64,000 nucleotides of DNA from Eubacteriales bacterium. Its GTDB lineage: Bacteria > Bacillota > Clostridia > Saccharofermentanales > DTU023. The notes beneath the pieces were generated by a model. The model was given only the letters and a program-made list of their open reading frames with translations. It did not search any database and was not told where the DNA came from. A program made the position numbers and the translations under genes. Location: positions 79,526 to 143,525 of the forward strand of contig JAUNVR010000001.1 in assembly GCA_030537595.1 (NCBI GenBank), read 5' to 3'. Positions 10,339-19,002 of the stretch are shown here, piece after piece (within the stretch, counting starts at the first letter, position 1; each line of letters begins with the position of its first letter).

Positions 10339-12954
10339 ATGAAGGAAAATTATGAGCGCTTGGGTCTTTTCTACTTAGGACGTGAGCTCGACCCGGCAAC
10401 AATCTTAGAAAAAGCAAAGCAGCCGCCAGTGGCGCAGCCGGAGGCAGAGGGCTCGAGAGAGCTCAGTGATAATCCTTACTACTTACTGCGCTCCAAAGAC
10501 TTACTAACTCACGCACTCTGTGTCGGAATGACCGGTAGTGGGAAGACGGGCCTTTGTACAGCTATCCTCGAAGAAGCTGCAATTGATGGCATTCCGGCAA
10601 TTGTGATTGACCTGAAAGGCGATTTAACTAATCTCTGCCTGAGCTTTGATCCCCTAACAGAGACTGAGCTCTTACCCTGGGTGCGCAGCCGTGATGCTGA
10701 GCAGGCCGGGCTATCTAGAGCAGAATTTGCCCGCGCTGAAGCGGCCAGATGGAATGCCGGACTAGCTCAAGATGACCAGAGTACAGCCAGGGTAAGACTC
10801 TGGCGGGAAAGTAGTGAATTGGCGATTTACACCCCGGGCCTAGCCCAGCTGACACCGCTTTCTGTGGTCAATAGCTTTGCCTGTCCGCCAGCCGAGACCC
10901 TAGAGGATTTAGAGGCGGTCAGCGATTTAGCCGGAGGCTATGCGACTGCGATTTTGGCCCTGATTGGCCACCACGCAGACCCGCTCGAAGACCGTGAGCA
11001 CATTCTCCTCAGCCAAATCCTCTTAACGCTCTGGGCAAAGGGGCAGTCACCAGAACTGGCCGATTTAATTAGCCTGGTCCAGGAGCCGCCCTTTACCCAG
11101 CTGGGAGTCATGGACTTAGATGCTTTCTTCCCGGCCAAAGACCGCTTTAACCTGGCCTTAAATTTAAACAAATTACTCGCAGCTCCGTCCTTCTCAGCCT
11201 GGCTCGAAGGCGAGCCGATGGAGATTGATCGCCTGCTCTACTCAGCAGACGGCAAGGCTCGTTGCTCGATTATTTCGCTCCAGCACTTAAATGAGAGTGA
11301 GCGGACTTTCTTTTTGACCCTCTTACTGAACCAGCTCTTAGCCTGGAGTCGCCGCCAAAAAGGCACCCAAGCCCTGCGTGCACTCTTTTACATGGACGAG
11401 ATTCAAGGCTACTTCCCGCCGGTTGCTGAACCGCCGACGAAAAAGCCGCTTTTGACCTTGTTAAAGCAGGCTAGAGCCTTTGGCCTAGGCTTAATTCTCG
11501 CGACTCAAAACCCGGTCGACCTAGACTATAAGGGTCTGTCGAATATCGGGCTGTGGCTGGTTGGTAGACTGCAGACCGAGCGAGATAGAAGTAAGGTTCT
11601 GGAGGGTCTGAAAGCCTCCTTGGCCGCTGCAGATGGAGTCGAATTAAAGGACTTAGATAGAATTTTGGCAGCCCTACCAAAGCGGCAGTTTATCGCGCGA
11701 AATGTACATCGTGAGGGCTTGACCTTATTCCGCTCTCGTCACTGTCTTTCATACTTAGCTGGCCCCCTAAGCCGGAATGAATTAGCCGAGTTAGCAGAGG
11801 TCCAGCGGATGATTAAAGAACGGAAGTCAGAGCAAGAAGATGCAAGAAATCTTACTGCCTTAGAGAGGACCTTCCGCAATCCGGAGCCTGCAGGCCAGCA
11901 TTTTACGCCTGAAAAACAGGCCGAAGATCCTGAGTTAAAGCTGGCTGGAGCTGAGCCTACTGGGCTCGACAGAGCTGAAAGTGCAAGAGCTGAAGTTCAG
12001 GAGCAGAGTGAAAGAACTGTAGATAAGGCCGGGGCGATTGGTAGCCTCGCGCGGATTAAAACGCAGATTCCCGAGTCGATCCCAGCCTACTATCTGCCAC
12101 AGCCGGGCGATCGCGGCAAAAAGCTACGTCCCATGCTCTATGCTCTGACCGAGGTCTTTTATGAGGATAAGACTAGGGGCGTGCGCCAAGAAAAAGAAAT
12201 GATCTTCTTAAACGAGTTTAATTCCGGAGTTATTCCGGTAGATTGGGCTGCGGCTAGAGAGCTGGAGATCCCAGTCGACGACTTAGAGGATTTGCCGGAG
12301 GCCGATTACAGCTATGCTGACTTACCGGAATTAGCCCGCGATCCAAAGGCCTACACCCAGTGGACTAAGGATCTGGTCGACTACCTCTATAAGCAGAGTA
12401 GCTATAAGATTTTAGAAAATAAGAAGTTTAAAGTCGTAGCCGAAGCCGGCGAGACTGCGCGGGAATTTGCCCAGCGCCTACAGCAGGAATTGCGTGACGA
12501 AAGAGAGCGGGCCTTAGATGAATTTGAAGCCAAGTTTAGAACTCGCTTAAAGACTCTGGAGCGGCGTAAATTAACTGCCGAGCAAAGGGTTGAAAGAGAA
12601 GAAGAGCAGGCTCGCGATGCGAAGAACCAGACCTGGATATCGCTGGGTAACGCAATTTTCTCAACCGTCTTTGGCCAGAAGAAAATCAGCTCCGGGAATA
12701 TCGGCAAGATGGCCACAGCCTCACGTTCGGCAAGCCGAGCAAAGAAGCAGAAATCGGATATTTCGCGAGCTGAGGAGCAGTTAGCGAAGGTCTTAGAGGA
12801 AGAGGAGCTGATTCGCGGTGAAATCGAGGACGGCTTAAATGAGCTAGGCCAGCGCTTCGATAGCGATTTGCAAAAGATTAGTGAGCGAGAGCTGAGACCC
12901 TTAAAACGAGATTGTAAGGTCAAGCTCCTAGCCCTAGTCTGGACAGCATTATAA
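10339..12954 (+). CDS. HerA/FtsK-superfamily P-loop NTPase of the YjgR/DUF853 type with a long C-terminal coiled-coil extension
   Basis: 871 aa. Walker A GMTGSGKTG, IVIDLKGDL, Walker B LFYMDEIQGYF and LILATQNPVDLDYKGLSNIGLWLVGRLQTERDR resemble the YjgR family. Residues from about 480 to 871 are low-complexity/coiled coil. Confidence 0.7.
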   Translation: MKENYERLGLFYLGRELDPATILEKAKQPPVAQPEAEGSRELSDNPYYLLRSKDLLTHALCVGMTGSGKTGLCTAILEEAAIDGIPAIVIDLKGDLTNLCLSFDPLTETELLPWVRSRDAEQAGLSRAEFARAEAARWNAGLAQDDQSTARVRLWRESSELAIYTPGLAQLTPLSVVNSFACPPAETLEDLEAVSDLAGGYATAILALIGHHADPLEDREHILLSQILLTLWAKGQSPELADLISLVQEPPFTQLGVMDLDAFFPAKDRFNLALNLNKLLAAPSFSAWLEGEPMEIDRLLYSADGKARCSIISLQHLNESERTFFLTLLLNQLLAWSRRQKGTQALRALFYMDEIQGYFPPVAEPPTKKPLLTLLKQARAFGLGLILATQNPVDLDYKGLSNIGLWLVGRLQTERDRSKVLEGLKASLAAADGVELKDLDRILAALPKRQFIARNVHREGLTLFRSRHCLSYLAGPLSRNELAELAEVQRMIKERKSEQEDARNLTALERTFRNPEPAGQHFTPEKQAEDPELKLAGAEPTGLDRAESARAEVQEQSERTVDKAGAIGSLARIKTQIPESIPAYYLPQPGDRGKKLRPMLYALTEVFYEDKTRGVRQEKEMIFLNEFNSGVIPVDWAAARELEIPVDDLEDLPEADYSYADLPELARDPKAYTQWTKDLVDYLYKQSSYKILENKKFKVVAEAGETAREFAQRLQQELRDERERALDEFEAKFRTRLKTLERRKLTAEQRVEREEEQARDAKNQTWISLGNAIFSTVFGQKKISSGNIGKMATASRSASRAKKQKSDISRAEEQLAKVLEEEELIRGEIEDGLNELGQRFDSDLQKISERELRPLKRDCKVKLLALVWTAL

Positions 12955-12973
12955 GTTTTATAAGGGGGAATAA

Positions 12974-13261
12974 ATGGCCTTAAAAGAGGAGCAATTTTGC
13001 CTCGAGGGTCGGGTTTTGCAAGGTGAGAAAATCCTCCGCTTAGCCCAGGTGCGACTCGATCAAAAGACTGACGAGGGCTTAGTTCCGGCACTCGAGCGCG
13101 CCTTGCGTAAACTCTGCACCTGCCTGGATTTGCCGCTGCCCTTATGGTTGGACAAAAATACCAAGGAATTTGCCCGCTTCAGACAGACCTTTTTCTTTGC
13201 CGAGCAGTTTACTGAAGAGGTCAAGTTTTCAAGATTTCAGATCCGTCTACTCGAGGAGTAG
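12974..13261 (+). CDS. Hypothetical 95-aa soluble protein, apparently co-transcribed with the NTPase
   Basis: ATG 12974 follows a GGGGGA RBS, 19 nt after the NTPase stop. No recognisable motif. Confidence 0.5.
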   Translation: MALKEEQFCLEGRVLQGEKILRLAQVRLDQKTDEGLVPALERALRKLCTCLDLPLPLWLDKNTKEFARFRQTFFFAEQFTEEVKFSRFQIRLLEE

Positions 13262-13271
13262 GCGGATTTTT

Positions 13272-13517
13272 TTAATCTCTAATCAATTCGTAGAGTGTTT
13301 CTGCTTCTTCTTTTCTGGCAAAGTCCCGAAGTTCCAGGACCTTTATTTTTACCGGCTTGCTGCCAAAAAGAAGCTCTAGCTCGTCGCCCACGGCTAAATT
13401 ACTTCCGGCCTTTGCCGGACGACCATTTAAGATTACCCTGCCGGCATCTGCCAGCTCTTTAGCTACCGGACGGCGCTTAACTAAGCGGCTAACTTTTAAA
13501 AATTTATCTAAACGCAT
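13272..13517 (-). CDS. S4-domain RNA-binding protein (YabO/Hsp15-like)
   Basis: 81 aa. MRLDKFLKVSRLVKRRPVAKEL...GRVILNG is a typical S4 domain. Confidence 0.85.
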   Translation of the reverse strand: MRLDKFLKVSRLVKRRPVAKELADAGRVILNGRPAKAGSNLAVGDELELLFGSKPVKIKVLELRDFARKEEAETLYELIRD

Positions 13518-13587
13518 GCTAATCTCCTATTTCAGTTAAAATTGCTAAACTTTTCTAGCTGGCTTTTATTGCTTGGCCAGTCTGCTT

Positions 13588-14400
13588 TTATTCTTTATCT
13601 TGATTCTCTTTAGCTTCAAGAGCGCGGACTTTTTTATAGTAGCGCTCCGTTAAGTCCTTTGGGAAAGGGCCTTTAGGGATAGCGTCCTGGCTCATCAGCT
13701 CTTCCATCTTACTAACCCGGCGTAAAAATTTCTGATTAGCTAGGTTCAGGGCGAGTTCGGCATCGATTCCGAGGTGGCGCAGGAGGTTGGCAAAAATCAT
13801 TAAGACATCGCCAGCTTCCTCCTCGAGGTTTTTCTGATCGCCAGCAACGTAGGCAGCTTTGAACTCAGCTAATTCCTCATCTACCTTGGCAAAGACAGGC
13901 GCAGGTTCAGACCAGTCGAAATTCCAATCTGCTGCGCGCTTTTGCAGCTTTTGACTGCGTTTTAGAGCCGGAAAAGACTTCGGCACAGTGGCGAAATTCT
14001 CGGCAATGGAATTAATCTTCTTTTCTTTACGCTTATTTTTCTCCCAGGTCTCTAAGGAGGCCTCGGCTGTCTCAGCTCGGTCCTCACCAAAGAGGTGAGT
14101 ATGCCGTGAGATCAGCTTTTGACAGAGTTTAGTAATAATCTCATCGAGGGTAAAGCTGCCTTTATCCGCGGCAATCTGAGCATGAAAAACTACCTGTAAA
14201 AGTAAGTCTCCCAACTCTTCGCAGAGGTTTTCTGGATCCCCTTCTTCGAGGGCCTCGACCGTTTCGTAGGCTTCCTCTAAAAGATTCGCTCGTAAGCTCT
14301 CGTGGGTCTGGACTCGATCCCAGGGGCAGCCAGAGTCACTGCGTAAAAATTGCATAATCTCTACTAAGTCCGCAAAAGTATATCTATCTTTTAATTCCAT
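13588..14400 (-). CDS. mazG: MazG nucleoside triphosphate pyrophosphohydrolase
   Basis: 270 aa. Tandem MazG repeats with EEAYETVEA and ELGDLLLQVVFHA, then EELAEF and EEAGDVLM. Confidence 0.88.
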   Translation of the reverse strand: MELKDRYTFADLVEIMQFLRSDSGCPWDRVQTHESLRANLLEEAYETVEALEEGDPENLCEELGDLLLQVVFHAQIAADKGSFTLDEIITKLCQKLISRHTHLFGEDRAETAEASLETWEKNKRKEKKINSIAENFATVPKSFPALKRSQKLQKRAADWNFDWSEPAPVFAKVDEELAEFKAAYVAGDQKNLEEEAGDVLMIFANLLRHLGIDAELALNLANQKFLRRVSKMEELMSQDAIPKGPFPKDLTERYYKKVRALEAKENQDKE

Positions 14401-14610
14401 CTTTAAGCCTCCAAGCTCTTTTTTACTTTCGTCTTAGGCATTCGCAGTAATTATATAGGAGGCTGAATCTGCTGCCAATAAACTAGCGAAAATAGCTGGA
14501 TTTAAGGCTTTTTAGGCCCCTAGCCCGGTGCTAGATAATGGAATCATTACAAAACGGTTACAGGCTTGATTTAGCCTCGTTTCTACGGCAAGATGATAGA
14601 GAGGTGTGAT

Positions 14611-14925
14611 ATGTCAGCTTATTCAGAACGATTACGTAAAGCAAAGAAAAGAACTGCTGCGCAATTAGTCAGCAGAGTTACGCTTGCGATGGTTCTGATT
14701 CTCTTATTAGCAATAGCTGGCAGCACCTATATTCGTCAGGATCGGGAGCTCGAGCGCTTAAAGCGTGAGCAGGTCGTCCTCGATCGGGCGATTAAGCAGC
14801 TGGAAGCTGAAGCCTATGATTTAGAAGAACAGAAAGCTCAAGCCGGCTCGGAAGAGTTTCTGGAGCGGGTTGCACGTGATAAATTGGGCTTAGTAAAGGC
14901 TGATGAATTGATTTTTATCGATTAA
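14611..14925 (+). CDS. Septum formation initiator (FtsB/DivIC family)
   Basis: ATG 14611 follows GAGAGGTG (the ORF track starts at 14593). One TM segment, a coiled coil, and a conserved C-terminus ARDKLGLVKADELIF. Confidence 0.8.
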   Translation: MSAYSERLRKAKKRTAAQLVSRVTLAMVLILLLAIAGSTYIRQDRELERLKREQVVLDRAIKQLEAEAYDLEEQKAQAGSEEFLERVARDKLGLVKADELIFID

Positions 14926-15011
14926 TATAGCTTCATAAAAGAGTAAAAACTTGGGCTAAAGCCATTTTTCGCCTGCTCTTAACTCTTTTAGCTCATATGG
15001 TATACTATTCT

Positions 15012-15172
15012 CGACTCTATCGCCGAGCGCGACCTGCAGCTGTGTTGGTCCCGTGCGATACGGCCCGTGAACCCCGTCAGGACCGGAAGGTAGCAGCGGT
15101 AAGCGGTCACCCGTATGTGCCGCGGGCGTGCCTGCTCAGCTGCGGGTCAGGCTCGGCGAATCGTTTATCGGA
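15012..15172 (+). ncRNA. ffs: Signal recognition particle RNA (4.5S/scRNA)
   Basis: The conserved domain IV sequence GTGAACCCCGTCAGGACCGGAAGGTAGCAGCGGTAAG is present. Closing helix CGCCGAGC (15021-15028) pairs with GCTCGGCG (15161-15168). An extended -10 TGgTATACT lies at 14998-15006. The position immediately upstream of dnaX matches Firmicutes. The ends are approximate. Confidence 0.85.
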
Positions 15173-15197
15173 TGAATAGCCATTGATGGAGGCGCCA

Positions 15198-17399
15198 ATG
15201 TCACAATTAGCTTTATATCGCGCCTGGCGACCACGCACATTTGCTGAGGTTGTGGGGCAGAATCACGTCGTAGATGCGCTCAAGCAGAGCGTCAAGAGCG
15301 GAGACTTTGCCCACGCATTTCTCTTTTGTGGATCGCGCGGCACCGGTAAGACCTCTGTGGCCAAGATTTTTGCCCAGGCAGTTAACTGTCTGGCCCCGGT
15401 GGACGGCAATCCTTGCCGACACTGTGAAATCTGTACTGAAGCAGAGGCCGGCAGACTCCTCGATATCGTGGAAATCGATGCGGCATCGAATAACTCCGTC
15501 GACAATATCCGTCGCTTAACAGATGAGATTAATTTCATGCCGGCAACGGCAAAATTCAAAGTTTACATCATTGACGAGGTGCACATGCTCTCGACGGGGG
15601 CTTTTAATGCGCTCTTGAAAACGCTAGAAGAGCCGCCGCAGCATGTTATTTTTATTTTAGCCACGACAGAAGCACATCGGATTCCCCAAACTATTAGTTC
15701 TCGTTGCCAGCGCTTTGACTTTAGGCGGATTGGCAATAAGGAGATTGAAGAGCAGTTGGCACGAATTGCCAAGCATGAAGAAATTCCAATCCAGAAGGCT
15801 GCGATTAAGACTATTGTCAGCTTGGCTGATGGGGCTTTACGTGATGCAATTTCAATCCTCGACCAGGCTAGTACGGCAATTAATGGCGAAATATCTACTC
15901 AGGATATTTTGGCCTTGACGGGGATGGTCGGACATGAGTTTTTGGCAGCAATTACCCGAGCTCTCTGTACTGGGAACTTACTCGAGCTGATGCAGTTAAG
16001 TAGTGATATTCGTGCCTCAGGGCGTGATTTGCAGGCCTTTGTGAATTCCTGGGCGGCTTTTTTACGTGATGTCTTGCTCGCTGGGATTGATGGCAGCGGC
16101 GACTTAATTGCCGATCGGGGAGAGGAAGCTCAGCGCGAGTGTCTCGACTTGGCAAGGATTATCCCGGCTGCGCAGTTGATTGACTTAGTTAGAAAGGTCT
16201 CTGGCTTAGCCGCAGACTTGAAGTATGCGAGTAATAAGCAGGCGGTTCTGGATGTCGGTTTAATTTCGCTAGCAAGTGAAATGGACTCGCTTGAAGAGCT
16301 AGCTTTGCAAGTTGAAAGTTCGAGTAGAAAAGCGCCTAAATCTGAGCCTCAGTCGGAAGCTAAATCTGAGCTTCAGTCGAAAGAGCCTAAAAAGCCGCTT
16401 GAACGAAGCGAGCCTTCGCTAGAAAAAGAGCAAGAAGCAAGGGCAGAAGTCGCTCCTGAAGAAGTGCCTGCAGCGCTTCCAGAGGAAAAAGCGGAGCCAG
16501 CAGCGCTTCCAGAGGAGCTCGCTTCTAAGCAAGCGACGCCCGCAGCGCTAGAAGAAAAAGTAAAGGCCTCTGAAGCCCTTCCAAAGGAAGAAGCGGCGCC
16601 CGAAAGCTTAGCAGAAGATCTAGCAACATCTAAGGCGATAACAGAGGAAGAAGCAGCTCCCGAGACGATAACGGAAGATGAAGCAGAAGCAGCACCTTCG
16701 GAGCCCAAAGCAGAAGCCGAGCCTTCAGATTCCAAAGCAGAAGCCAAAAGCAAGGCGGAAAGGCCGAAAGCAAACCAAGCCGCAATTAGCCCTCCTTTAC
16801 CAGAGGCACCGCCCGAAGCTAGAAGCCTCGAGCTAGAGGACTTAGCGCCAGAACCCTATGCACGCGAAGCTAAAGTAAAGGCAGCTGAGAGCAAGCCCAC
16901 AGAGGAAGTGGCAAAAAAGCAAGCTAAAGCTGAGCAAGCAGATGCAGCAAAGAAGCCTAAAGCTAAGGCAGAGAGCTTAGCCAAGGCAGCAGCTGCGGGA
17001 GCAGAAAAGCAGCTAGGCATCGCCATCCCGAAGACTCCAAGACCCAGCCCCGACCGTCCGGAGGAGGTCTGGGAAGAAGCCATGCGTGAGTTACAGAGGA
17101 TTCCTCGAATAGATCTCAAAATGCTGCTCTCGCCAGCTGTGGTTAACTTTAGTGAAGGTCTGTGGAAGATTCGCTATACTGGAGATCAGAAGGCTATTTA
17201 TCAGGCTGTGAGCAAGGCGGATAATCTTGATGTCATTCGTCAGGCTGTCGAGAAGGCAGTCGGGGGAGCAGCAGAGCTTTCCATCGAATTGACAAGCGAG
17301 GGTGAATTTAGCCATAATCTCAATCCAGATGAACCAGCTTGGGTTCATAAGGTGCGAGAAATTGCAAGAAAAAATGATTTGAAGCTCCGCGATGATTAG
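15198..17399 (+). CDS. dnaX: DNA polymerase III subunit gamma/tau
   Basis: ATG 15198 follows GGAGG (the ORF track starts at 15183). Walker A GSRGTGKTS, zinc module CRHCEIC and box YIIDEVHML. About 730 aa, with a roughly 230-aa low-complexity linker. Confidence 0.95.
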   Translation: MSQLALYRAWRPRTFAEVVGQNHVVDALKQSVKSGDFAHAFLFCGSRGTGKTSVAKIFAQAVNCLAPVDGNPCRHCEICTEAEAGRLLDIVEIDAASNNSVDNIRRLTDEINFMPATAKFKVYIIDEVHMLSTGAFNALLKTLEEPPQHVIFILATTEAHRIPQTISSRCQRFDFRRIGNKEIEEQLARIAKHEEIPIQKAAIKTIVSLADGALRDAISILDQASTAINGEISTQDILALTGMVGHEFLAAITRALCTGNLLELMQLSSDIRASGRDLQAFVNSWAAFLRDVLLAGIDGSGDLIADRGEEAQRECLDLARIIPAAQLIDLVRKVSGLAADLKYASNKQAVLDVGLISLASEMDSLEELALQVESSSRKAPKSEPQSEAKSELQSKEPKKPLERSEPSLEKEQEARAEVAPEEVPAALPEEKAEPAALPEELASKQATPAALEEKVKASEALPKEEAAPESLAEDLATSKAITEEEAAPETITEDEAEAAPSEPKAEAEPSDSKAEAKSKAERPKANQAAISPPLPEAPPEARSLELEDLAPEPYAREAKVKAAESKPTEEVAKKQAKAEQADAAKKPKAKAESLAKAAAAGAEKQLGIAIPKTPRPSPDRPEEVWEEAMRELQRIPRIDLKMLLSPAVVNFSEGLWKIRYTGDQKAIYQAVSKADNLDVIRQAVEKAVGGAAELSIELTSEGEFSHNLNPDEPAWVHKVREIARKNDLKLRDD
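16338..17010 (+). repeat. Imperfect in-frame tandem repeats encoding the Glu/Ala/Pro/Lys-rich linker of DnaX
   Basis: A 24-nt unit AAATCTGAGCCTCAGTCGGAAGCT (16338-16361) is repeated at 16362-16385. CAGCGCTTCCAGAGGA occurs at 16471-16486 and 16501-16516. A unit of about 58 nt, GGAAGAAGC(G/A)GC(G/T)CCCGA, occurs at 16587 and 16645. Confidence 0.8.
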
Positions 17400-17475
17400 T
17401 TAAAGGAGCCTTAAACTGACTTTAGTCAATTGATAATAAAAGATTATTAAAAGATAGAGGATAAAGGAGAAAAAA

Positions 17476-17832
17476 ATGGCAAAAGGTAAACGTGGATTCC
17501 GTCCCCCCATGGGTGGCGGCAATATGAATCAGTTAATGGCACAGGCCCAGAAGATGCAAAAGCAGCTGGAGCAGGCACAGGCCGAAGCAGCTGAATTCAA
17601 GGCCGAAGCCTCAGCCGGTGGCGGCATGGTTACAGCCACAGTCAACGCTGATCACCAGGTCGAAGCAATCGAGATTAAAGCAGAAATCGTCGATCCAGAT
17701 GATGTCGAGATGCTAGAGGATATGGTTCTCGCAGCAGTTAACGAAGCGATGCGGAAGCTCGACGAGCAGGTCAATGCACATCTTCAGAATGTCTCTGGCC
17801 TCGGCGGTTTAGGCGGGATGATGGGCTTTTAA
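17476..17832 (+). CDS. ybaB: Nucleoid-associated protein YbaB/EbfC
   Basis: 118 aa. MNQLMAQAQKMQKQLE start and a position between dnaX and recR. Confidence 0.9.
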   Translation: MAKGKRGFRPPMGGGNMNQLMAQAQKMQKQLEQAQAEAAEFKAEASAGGGMVTATVNADHQVEAIEIKAEIVDPDDVEMLEDMVLAAVNEAMRKLDEQVNAHLQNVSGLGGLGGMMGF

Positions 17833-18434
17833 TGTCAGTTTTTTCACCCCTAGTAGAAAATTTAATTACAGAGCTGGCAAAGCTCCCAGGAATCGGTAAG
17901 AAGACAGCTCAGCGGCTAGCCTTTCACCTCCTCGAGCAACCCCCAGAGCGGGCCGAGGCTTTAGCGCAGGCGATTCAAGAAGCCAAGGCTAAAACAGAGC
18001 TGTGCAGCCTCTGCTGCAATTTGTCTGACTCGGACCCCTGTCCAATCTGCGCCGACCCGAAGCGCGATCACAGTACCATCTGTGTCCTCGAATCGGCAAA
18101 GGACGTGAATGCGATGGAGCGGACCTCAGCCTACCACGGCTTGTACCATGTTTTACACGGGGTAATCTCCCCTTTAAAAAACATTGGGCCGGAGGATATT
18201 AAGCTGCAAGAGCTAATTGTCCGCCTCCAAGCAGATGAGAAGGTCCAGGAGGTCATTTTAGCCTGCAATCCGAGCCCTGAAGGCGAGGCAACCTCCCTCT
18301 ACATTGCCCGACTCTTAAAACCTGCCGGGATTAAGGTCACCCGTCTGGCCAGCGGACTACCGGCCGGCGGCGAGCTGGACTTTGTCGATGAGCTGACCTT
18401 GGGTCAGGCCATCGAGGGCAGGCGAGAAGTTTAA
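17832..18434 (+). CDS. recR: Recombination protein RecR
   Basis: 200 aa. LPGIGKKTAQRLAFHLL helix-hairpin-helix, a C4 zinc finger (CSLCCN...CPIC) and a Toprim domain. Confidence 0.95.
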   Translation: MSVFSPLVENLITELAKLPGIGKKTAQRLAFHLLEQPPERAEALAQAIQEAKAKTELCSLCCNLSDSDPCPICADPKRDHSTICVLESAKDVNAMERTSAYHGLYHVLHGVISPLKNIGPEDIKLQELIVRLQADEKVQEVILACNPSPEGEATSLYIARLLKPAGIKVTRLASGLPAGGELDFVDELTLGQAIEGRREV

Positions 18435-18458
18435 ACTTAATCCCTTTTTAAGCGAAAT

Positions 18459-18490
18459 AAAACACCTCACTTAGCTTAAGTGAGGTGTTT
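18459..18490. terminator. Bidirectional intrinsic terminator between recR and the flavodoxin gene
   Basis: AAACACCTCACTTAGCTTAAGTGAGGTGTTT forms a stem of about 14 bp flanked by A/T runs. Confidence 0.8.
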
Positions 18491-18521
18491 GCACTTTTAC
18501 AGCAGCTTTAATTAAAGCTAA

Positions 18522-18941
18522 TTAACCAACGAGAGCTTCACCAAAGGCCTTACATTTATCTTCGGATTCACCTTCGGGTGCTTCGTAGACGGGCAGGGAC
18601 TCGGCGACCAGGTTAATACCCAGTTCTTTTGCCTCGGCATCCCATTTTTCCATCCACTCGCCATCAGCCCAGCTGTAGGAACCGAAGAGAGCGGCCTTTT
18701 TGCCTTCTAATTTTGTCTTAACTTCATCCCACATCGGCTGGAACTCATCTTCTTCCAGAACCTCGTCGCCCATTGCGGGGCAACCAAATGCTAGGACTTC
18801 GTACTTTTCCGCATCAGCGGGATCAAATTCTGAGACTTCCATTACTTTGACGTCTCCACCTTTGGCTTGGGCTGCTTCTGCGATGACGTTGGCCATCTGC
18901 TCTGTGTTGCCGGTGCCGCTCCAATAGATAATTCCGATCAT
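18522..18941 (-). CDS. Short-chain flavodoxin
   Basis: 139 aa with the FMN-binding loop YWSGTGNTE. Confidence 0.9.
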   Translation of the reverse strand: MIGIIYWSGTGNTEQMANVIAEAAQAKGGDVKVMEVSEFDPADAEKYEVLAFGCPAMGDEVLEEDEFQPMWDEVKTKLEGKKAALFGSYSWADGEWMEKWDAEAKELGINLVAESLPVYEAPEGESEDKCKAFGEALVG

Positions 18942-19002
18942 AAAGACCTCCTTATTTGACTTCTCGGGGCTCTGCTTTGCAGGCCGTCAGCCGGGCAGTT
19001 CT

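Noticed and set aside
12402-13091. 229-aa minus-strand ORF overlapping the 3' end of the YjgR-like NTPase gene and the 95-aa gene
   Set aside because: It lies antisense to a purine-rich coiled-coil coding region. The product is Ser/Arg/Leu-rich low complexity with no RBS. This is a typical shadow ORF.
14997-15179. 60-aa ORF upstream of dnaX
   Set aside because: It coincides with the SRP RNA, which has the conserved domain IV sequence and a closing helix. The peptide is Arg/Ala/Pro-rich with no RBS.
16373-16753. 126-aa minus-strand ORF in dnaX, with similar ORFs at 16856-17119, 28857-29186 and 28936-29256 in the PBP gene
   Set aside because: These are shadow ORFs produced by low-complexity Ala/Glu/Pro-coding repeats on the sense strand.
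16338-17010. Repeats checked as a possible CRISPR array or minisatellite
   Set aside because: The units are in-frame, imperfect and lie inside dnaX. There is no repeat-spacer periodicity and there are no cas genes anywhere in the window.
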